DNA from: an uncultured virus (IMG/VR IMGVR_UViG_3300017774_007351)
Taxonomy: Duplodnaviria > Heunggongvirae > Uroviricota > Caudoviricetes
Length of the DNA stretch: 64,000 nucleotides
Virus record (IMG/VR): IMGVR_UViG_3300017774_007351
Strand: one strand, 5' to 3'
The position numbers and the translations under genes are program-made. Under the pieces are notes generated by a model that was not told the DNA's origin, made no database searches, and saw only the letters and a list, made by a program, of their open reading frames with translations. The stretch's first letter is position 1; each line of letters begins with the position of its first letter. This document shows positions 57,822 through 64,000 of the stretch, piece by piece.

Positions 57822-57853
57822 AACAGTATGGGGGCTTCGGCCCCTGTACTGTT
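57822..57853 (+). terminator. Stable C(UUCG)G hairpin (terminator or mRNA stabiliser)
   Basis: AACAGTATGGGGGC-TTCG-GCCCCTGTACTGTT; only a short T tract follows. Confidence 0.65.
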
Positions 57854-57869
57854 AATATTAGGACCACTT

Positions 57870-59540
57870 ATGGATAAATTAAAAGTTCTCATGTGTTCTG
57901 AAGCCAGTTTTTTAAGCTCTGGCTTTGCTGTCTATACCAAAGAGATTCTATCACGTTTGCATAAAACTAAAAAATATGAAATAGCAGAATTTGCATCATA
58001 TGGAACGGTAAATGACCCAAGAGATAGTCAGATACCATGGAAATATTATGCTAACGCTGTATTAGATACTGATCCTCGACATAAAGAATATTCTTCAAGA
58101 GGAGATAATCAGTTTGGAAGATGGAGGTTTGAAAAAGTTCTTTTGGACTTTAAGCCCGACGTTGTTATAGATGTAAGAGATTACTGGATGAGTTCTTATC
58201 AAGCACTATCCCCATTAAGACAATACTTTCATTGGATTTTAATGCCAACGGTCGATTCAGAACCACAACAAGAATCATGGTTAGATACCTATCTTTCTGC
58301 AAACGCAATATTCACTTATTCGGATTGGGGAGCGGATGTGCTCAAGAAGCAAACCTCAAACAAGGTTAACTACATAGGCACTGCTGCTCCAGGGGTTGAT
58401 CTTTCTGTTTTTAAGCCACATAGCCAAGAAACAAAAAAGGCAATCAAGAAGGCTCTTAATATAGACGAGAATGCTGTTATTATAGGTTCTGTAATGAGGA
58501 ACCAAAAAAGAAAACTCATACCTGATCTCTTTCTGTCTTTTAGAAAACTATTAGACATATGCGAGAAAAAGCATCCAGAACTAGGAAAGAATCTTTATCT
58601 GTATATGCATACTAGTTATCCTGATGCCGGATGGGATATTCCCCACCTATTAAAAGAACACAGACTAGCTAATCGGGTATTATTTACTTATTTTTGCAGG
58701 AGTTGCAATAGGATCTCTGCTAGAAAATTTTGTGGTCCAACATGTGGTTGTCCAGAATGTGGAGAAAAATCTTGTCACTTCCCATCAGTGGTAGCAGGGG
58801 TATCTTCTGAGCAATTATCTTATATCTATAATGCATTTGATGCATATGTCCAGTATGCTATATGCGAAGGGGCTGGAATGCCGCAAGTAGAAGCTGGTGC
58901 TTGTGGAGTGCCAGTATTTACTGTAGAATATAGTGCTATGATAGACATTATTAATAAGCTAAATGCAACAGGTATTAAGGTCAAGTCAAAGTTCAAAGAA
59001 CTAGAAACAAAATCAGTAAGAACTTATCCAGATAATGACGACTTAGTATCTAAAATGCTAAATTATCTTTTAACGGATAGTGATACGAAAAATAAGGCTT
59101 CTCAAGATATTAGAAGTTTAACAGAAAAAGAATATAATTGGGATCAAACAGCTAAGAAGTGGGAAGATTATTTAGATCAATTAGATAATAGTAATTATAG
59201 AGCAGATTGGAGTGCTCCTCCAAAAATGCTAAATCAAATTCCAAACATAGATAAAGATCAAGTGGGGAATAGGTATTTTGACTTATTGATGTATTTTTGT
59301 AATAATAATTTACAGAATTATAATAAGATGTCTAGTATGTTATTTCTGGATATGCTTAAAGATCTAGATTATGGATTTACGACTAATGGACAAACTATAA
59401 GTTCATATGGCCTATCCGATGCTCTTTCTTTAGTGGCAACATATATAGATAATAATAATGGGTCAGAAAAAGCTCGGATGCAAAATATTAAATTTAACGA
59501 CGATTTTATTGAATACGCAGAGATGAAGGGGTCATCATGA
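57870..59540 (+). CDS. GT4 glycosyltransferase with a Cys-rich insert
   Basis: SGF, PGVD...F.P, RNQKRK, EGAGMPQVEAGACG; CRSC..CPEC insert. Confidence 0.85.
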   Translation: MDKLKVLMCSEASFLSSGFAVYTKEILSRLHKTKKYEIAEFASYGTVNDPRDSQIPWKYYANAVLDTDPRHKEYSSRGDNQFGRWRFEKVLLDFKPDVVIDVRDYWMSSYQALSPLRQYFHWILMPTVDSEPQQESWLDTYLSANAIFTYSDWGADVLKKQTSNKVNYIGTAAPGVDLSVFKPHSQETKKAIKKALNIDENAVIIGSVMRNQKRKLIPDLFLSFRKLLDICEKKHPELGKNLYLYMHTSYPDAGWDIPHLLKEHRLANRVLFTYFCRSCNRISARKFCGPTCGCPECGEKSCHFPSVVAGVSSEQLSYIYNAFDAYVQYAICEGAGMPQVEAGACGVPVFTVEYSAMIDIINKLNATGIKVKSKFKELETKSVRTYPDNDDLVSKMLNYLLTDSDTKNKASQDIRSLTEKEYNWDQTAKKWEDYLDQLDNSNYRADWSAPPKMLNQIPNIDKDQVGNRYFDLLMYFCNNNLQNYNKMSSMLFLDMLKDLDYGFTTNGQTISSYGLSDALSLVATYIDNNNGSEKARMQNIKFNDDFIEYAEMKGSS

Positions 59541-60547
59541 ATATTTTATACATAGGACCATATCGAGGATATGGTGATGATTCTGAGATATCTAGGCTCT
59601 ATTTAATGGGACTAGCCCAAAAACATAATGTCACAGCCAGACCCGTGTTTTTATCTGAAAGAACAACACAGGTAAATCAAGATATTTTAGGTCTAGAAAA
59701 AAATATACTAAACGAATATGATTGTTGCATACAGCACCTACCTTTAAATATGTTGTCTTATTCTGCAAGATTCAAACAAAATATAGCCATTCCAATTAGT
59801 GATCCACTAACACGTATTAATTCTATCCCTATTATCAATCAGTTAAACCTATTTGATTCGATTGTTGTAAATAATCAAAATGAAGAGGTTATGCTTGTAA
59901 GATCAGATATAAAGTCCAAGATCAAAAAGATTACTTGTCCAATAAATTTAGGTATGGCTAAAGAGATCAAAGATAAGAAGTTTGACTTTGGTATACATAA
60001 CAATAATCATAAATTCTACTTCTTTGGTAATTACAGAGAAGACTTAGAAATAATTAATAAAATTATTCTTTCTTTTTACTTAGCTTTTAGATGCAGAGAT
60101 AAAACAAGTTTAATTATGGTGCTTGAAGGATCGGGACAAGACCAAGAGCATCTGAATAAAACAAGAAGAGAAATGAAAGAACAACTAGAAATAGTTCCTT
60201 TCAATAATTCTATTAATGATATCTATATATTTGATAGATTATCTGAGACAGACCAATTAGTTATACATAATTCATGTAACACATTATTAAGCCTATATCC
60301 TAGAGACTCAATGCTTCAAAAACAGTATGCTTTATTCTTTGGTAATAATATTATAGATAAGAATAATACAAATGTTGTTGAGGTTCCATATTCTAAATCT
60401 TCAAATACTACCAGATATAGTCCTGGCGATGCCATAGAGTCTATCATAACTCAGAATATAGTATCCAATATGATTCACTATGCTTCTAATGGAAACTCTA
60501 AGTCACAACAAGATATCCCCACAAATAAAACATCAGATATAATATAA
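59537..60547 (+). CDS. GT-B-fold protein, apparently degenerate
   Basis: MNILYIGPYR, CIQHLP, KFYFFG; the E-x7-E motif is absent. Confidence 0.55.
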   Translation: MNILYIGPYRGYGDDSEISRLYLMGLAQKHNVTARPVFLSERTTQVNQDILGLEKNILNEYDCCIQHLPLNMLSYSARFKQNIAIPISDPLTRINSIPIINQLNLFDSIVVNNQNEEVMLVRSDIKSKIKKITCPINLGMAKEIKDKKFDFGIHNNNHKFYFFGNYREDLEIINKIILSFYLAFRCRDKTSLIMVLEGSGQDQEHLNKTRREMKEQLEIVPFNNSINDIYIFDRLSETDQLVIHNSCNTLLSLYPRDSMLQKQYALFFGNNIIDKNNTNVVEVPYSKSSNTTRYSPGDAIESIITQNIVSNMIHYASNGNSKSQQDIPTNKTSDII

Positions 60548-61419
60548 TGACAACTAGCATACATAATATAATTGAAACTACAATTAGAAATTCTAATAAA
60601 AGTAGTATGAATATACTATATAGAGATACGAGTAGCTCTATTACTCCTTTGCTGCTCATGGAATCAAAGAGATTAAACTTTATTAAAACCTCTGGTATTT
60701 CTGATGAGATATTAGATATTGGCTATAGTGCATATTTTACTAATGACTATTTAGAAACAAATAGGCAACATAAAGCAATATCAAATATGATGCATGTTCA
60801 TAGTGTGATTCCTTTTCTTGATCTTCCTCTTGGACTTCTTAAAAAAGAGGACCTGATTATTTTAAGACAAAATCTATCTCGTTCTAAAAAAATATGTTTT
60901 AATAAACTAATATATGATGTATGGAAAGAACATCTCGATATTACTCAAATAAAACCAGGCATACCAGAATTTAATTTTAATGATTCAAAAGATAGGAAGT
61001 CTATAATAGTTATTTCCGAGTCTAATAAAAAACAAGCTAGATCTCTATGTTCTCAGATAAGAGAAATAGCAAAGGATACGGGATTGCTAGCAGATTTGGC
61101 TAGTCTATCAATTAAGAATATTATGACTATGCTAGGCCAGTATAAGATAGCAATCATACTAGATAATTCTCTATATGCATTACTAGCTATGGCTTCTGGT
61201 TGTTCTGTAATATCTGCTATTCCATTCTATGACGAGACTGTAACATATAATAATAGCGATGAACTGAATAAAGCTATTTCAGAAACGTTTAATGGTTTCG
61301 ATATAATTAAAAATAAAGAGATAAGCGCAAAAACTATTGAAGAACATAATTTTGAAATCTTTGACAAAGAGCTAAATAAACTTATTATTGATCTAACTAA
61401 GGAACCTTTCATACTATGA
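60547..61419 (+). CDS. GT-B-fold-like protein
   Basis: LLAMASGCSVIS C-terminal pattern. Confidence 0.5.
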   Translation: MTTSIHNIIETTIRNSNKSSMNILYRDTSSSITPLLLMESKRLNFIKTSGISDEILDIGYSAYFTNDYLETNRQHKAISNMMHVHSVIPFLDLPLGLLKKEDLIILRQNLSRSKKICFNKLIYDVWKEHLDITQIKPGIPEFNFNDSKDRKSIIVISESNKKQARSLCSQIREIAKDTGLLADLASLSIKNIMTMLGQYKIAIILDNSLYALLAMASGCSVISAIPFYDETVTYNNSDELNKAISETFNGFDIIKNKEISAKTIEEHNFEIFDKELNKLIIDLTKEPFIL

Positions 61420-61835
61420 ACAGAAACATTCATGTTGTTGACACAGTATCAACACAAAATTTAGAGGGTTTTGAGAGTGTTGCTATATCTAGAACAGACG
61501 ATATAGTAAACTATTCTGTTGACACTCTATATTGCTCTATGATTAATCGTTTTGAAGAAAAAACAAAAGATCTTTTTTTAAATAAACTACTGCGAAAAAT
61601 TAGACTCGGTGGTTCTTTAATTCTTAGATTTATAGACACAAAAACATTAGCTAAAATGTATTGGGATAATCAAATAACTTCACAAGAATTTATTAGTAAA
61701 ATATCAAATAATAATACCCTTACAACAGTAGAAGAGATTAATGATAAAATAAATAATAACGAATTTATTCTATCTAAAATAGAATATAGAGAGGATTCTA
61801 TCTTAATATCTGTAGTGAGAAAAGAAATACTATGA
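61416..61835 (+). CDS. Truncated methyltransferase-fold protein
   Basis: SVDTLY...L..KIRLGG.L.L...D. Confidence 0.45.
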   Translation: MNRNIHVVDTVSTQNLEGFESVAISRTDDIVNYSVDTLYCSMINRFEEKTKDLFLNKLLRKIRLGGSLILRFIDTKTLAKMYWDNQITSQEFISKISNNNTLTTVEEINDKINNNEFILSKIEYREDSILISVVRKEIL

Positions 61836-62590
61836 AAAATACAAAATGCGAAAACTGTTTATTTTCCGACAAGATATCTAGTGATCATCCATGCGAGCAC
61901 ATGATTATAGATCATATTAGAGATACAAAAAAACTGAGTGTAGAAAATGATTTTTACGTAATAGAAAACTATACTTGCAAGATGGGGTTTTCTAGACAGG
62001 CTTTTGAAAATAATAGAGATAAATATTCTATTGAAGATATCAAATCTCAAATATTACAAAATGCATGTATCAAATATTATCTTGTAATGGATATAACATC
62101 ATTAGATAACAAAGAACTATCAATAGTATGTAAAAAAATAAAAGAACTAAAGATACCGCCCAAATATATATCTTTTTTAATTTTGAATAACTCAAAAGGA
62201 AATTCTAAAGGAAAGATAAAAACTATAGAAGAAGCCAAAATAGAAAATACTGAGTGGAAATCGCACGGCTTTATAGTTCAAATGAATAAAATGGAAGCTA
62301 TTCATTTAGCTTTAGACACAAATCTAAAAAACAATAACTCACAACTATTATTATTTTATAGTCCCAGAGATATAGATAGTCTTGACGAAGATATTAATGA
62401 AATTAATACCATAATAAATATTGACCAGCCAAACTTTCATGTTCTATTCAAAAAAGGAAAAGAAGATAGCATGGACGGACTTTTAATGTCATTTGACTCC
62501 TATTCTTATGCGAAGGGTGAGAATCCCGATATATTAAAAGCAATATCTGATTTGGAGGGAACTATTAAGTTATCTTATGGAACCAAATAA
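61832..62590 (+). CDS. Hypothetical protein with N-terminal Cys cluster
   Basis: CENC.F...C...C. Confidence 0.6.
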   Translation: MKNTKCENCLFSDKISSDHPCEHMIIDHIRDTKKLSVENDFYVIENYTCKMGFSRQAFENNRDKYSIEDIKSQILQNACIKYYLVMDITSLDNKELSIVCKKIKELKIPPKYISFLILNNSKGNSKGKIKTIEEAKIENTEWKSHGFIVQMNKMEAIHLALDTNLKNNNSQLLLFYSPRDIDSLDEDINEINTIINIDQPNFHVLFKKGKEDSMDGLLMSFDSYSYAKGENPDILKAISDLEGTIKLSYGTK

Positions 62591-63254
62591 GATAAATGCT
62601 ATTATTATAGCAACAGAAATTACTAAAGGAATGAAGTCTGTTGGACCAAAATCTTTGCTGCAAATTAAGAAAACTTTATCCGTTATAGAGTATCAAATTC
62701 TTGAGCTTAAAAAATGCTATAAAGAAATTAGTATTAATATCTCAATAGGTTTTGAGTCTGAACGAATGATTAAAGCATTATCTCAATACGATGTTAATCT
62801 TATAATTAACAAAGAATTTAAAACAACTAATCAGGTCAAATCTATAGTTGACTGTGTTGAGGAAGCTGAAATTAAAAATCTGTTAGTGATAAATAATGGG
62901 GTTCTATTTAAAAAATCATTTGGTGAAGTTTGCGACACATCATCGTCTGCTATCTATATTCTTGATAAAAGTAAACCAGACTTTAACATAGGATGTCAGA
63001 CATCAAGCGACACAACATATCTTTTTTATGATTTACCAGAAAAGTGGAGCGAATGTGTGTTTTTGAATTATGATGCAATTACTAAAATAAAAGATATAGC
63101 AAAAAACAAAAATATTACACAGCTCTATGTCTTTGAGCTAGTTAATATGCTGATAGATAATGACTATCGTTTTGAAAAAATAAAGATACCCAAAAACAGT
63201 ATAATGAAAATAACAGGAATTAAGGATCTTCAACGAGCGAAAGTATTTATATGA
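62577..63254 (+). CDS. Nucleotidyltransferase (LicC/NTP_transferase)-fold protein, degenerate
   Basis: AIIIA...GMKSVGPKSLL, IEYQI, GF, N..F.TTN. Confidence 0.7.
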   Translation: MEPNKINAIIIATEITKGMKSVGPKSLLQIKKTLSVIEYQILELKKCYKEISINISIGFESERMIKALSQYDVNLIINKEFKTTNQVKSIVDCVEEAEIKNLLVINNGVLFKKSFGEVCDTSSSAIYILDKSKPDFNIGCQTSSDTTYLFYDLPEKWSECVFLNYDAITKIKDIAKNKNITQLYVFELVNMLIDNDYRFEKIKIPKNSIMKITGIKDLQRAKVFI

Positions 63255-63967
63255 AATTTTTTGTGCAAGAGCTGGATGATAAGTTTATTAACAATACGAT
63301 CATATCTTTAAGACGCATGGGGCACGAAGTTTTGTCCCGTCCTATTTCTGATGACTTATATAGAACATACTATAAATTTAAGTTTGATCACGCCATATTT
63401 GTATCCTCTCTATTTAATATGGAAATAGCTCAATTCATATCTGAGTTTCATTCTAAAGACATTAAATTCTTTATTTATCATAATGAAAAAGAAATTAACC
63501 TAGATATACTCACACACTTCAACCAAGCCTGCACAAATCTATCGTTAATTAAACATAAGCAATGCATTCAAATCCCATCTTTAGTTAATGATTATATCTA
63601 TGTTAATACAAAAAAAAAGAAACGAGACCACATTTCATGCTTTATAGACCAACTAGATAATATACCAGAAGAATTGGAAGAGCACCTATATCCAAACTCT
63701 AAACTCAAAATAAGACTATTTAACAACCATAGAATAAAACACCATCAGAATCTTGGAATGTTAAATGAGTTTACTAAACCAGAAATTTTAAATGAGTCAG
63801 AATATTTTCTATCGATAGACAACTATTATTCCAACGAGGCTTTAAATTGTGGCTGTAAGGTAATATCTATTTCTGATCTTAAAAATCTAAAATCAAAAAC
63901 TAAAATAAAAAATAGTAAGAAAAAAACAACAACATACAAAAACTTTATAGAATCAAACTTAATATGA
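63251..63967 (+). CDS. GT-B-like hypothetical protein
   Basis: LR.MGHEV, EALNCGCKVI. Confidence 0.5.
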   Translation: MKFFVQELDDKFINNTIISLRRMGHEVLSRPISDDLYRTYYKFKFDHAIFVSSLFNMEIAQFISEFHSKDIKFFIYHNEKEINLDILTHFNQACTNLSLIKHKQCIQIPSLVNDYIYVNTKKKKRDHISCFIDQLDNIPEELEEHLYPNSKLKIRLFNNHRIKHHQNLGMLNEFTKPEILNESEYFLSIDNYYSNEALNCGCKVISISDLKNLKSKTKIKNSKKKTTTYKNFIESNLI

Positions 63968-64000
63968 AAACAAAAGAAATACAAAACAAAGATATCGGAT

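Noticed and set aside
519..62050. Many short antisense or nested ORFs in the track (e.g. 519..743, 14358..14708, 30156..30407, 45493..45801)
   Set aside because: They lie inside or opposite well-supported genes and show no recognisable motifs; treated as shadow ORFs.
1..64000. tRNA, rRNA, riboswitch or large ncRNA
   Set aside because: Intergenic gaps are all under ~200 nt and none shows a cloverleaf or recognisable conserved RNA motif by eye; tRNAscan and Infernal were not run.

Overview
This 64 kb window is AT-rich, densely coding and almost entirely + strand. It looks like part of a large tailed dsDNA bacteriophage genome; a Planctomycetota-like aquatic host is a tentative inference. In order it carries: a ruvB 3' end; an actin-fold ATPase resembling haloarchaeal volactin; HNH, S8 and S1 proteases; a mostly inverted glycosylation island (including a GT60 GlcNAc transferase); a macrodomain, 2OG-Fe oxygenase and ADP-heptose operon; NDT-like, SET and GuaC genes; a bacterioferritin-fold protein; a phage sigma factor, ClpP and a DeoC-like protein; a membrane/lysis-like cassette with a papain-like protease; Thr/Pro-rich LamG/FN3 fibre genes; nucleotide metabolism (dCMP deaminase, class II RNR, dUTPase, PhoH); recombination/replication genes (RecA, DnaB, primase, dNMP kinase, PD-(D/E)xK nuclease, two-piece DnaE, DnaQ-like exonuclease, SSB); and a final glycosyltransferase-fold cassette. 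Highlights: (1) DnaE split without an intein, with a proofreading exonuclease gene between the halves; (2) fibre genes whose boundaries fall inside FN3 and LamG domains, plus a nested LamG domain; (3) the volactin-like actin with a membrane partner; (4) a recurrent intergenic GGTGTAW motif, a candidate late promoter; (5) several apparent pseudo-enzymes; (6) a possible mucin-type protein O-glycosylation system. No tRNA, rRNA or CRISPR array was seen. All family assignments come from motif recognition by eye and from memory of reference proteins; no searches were run.
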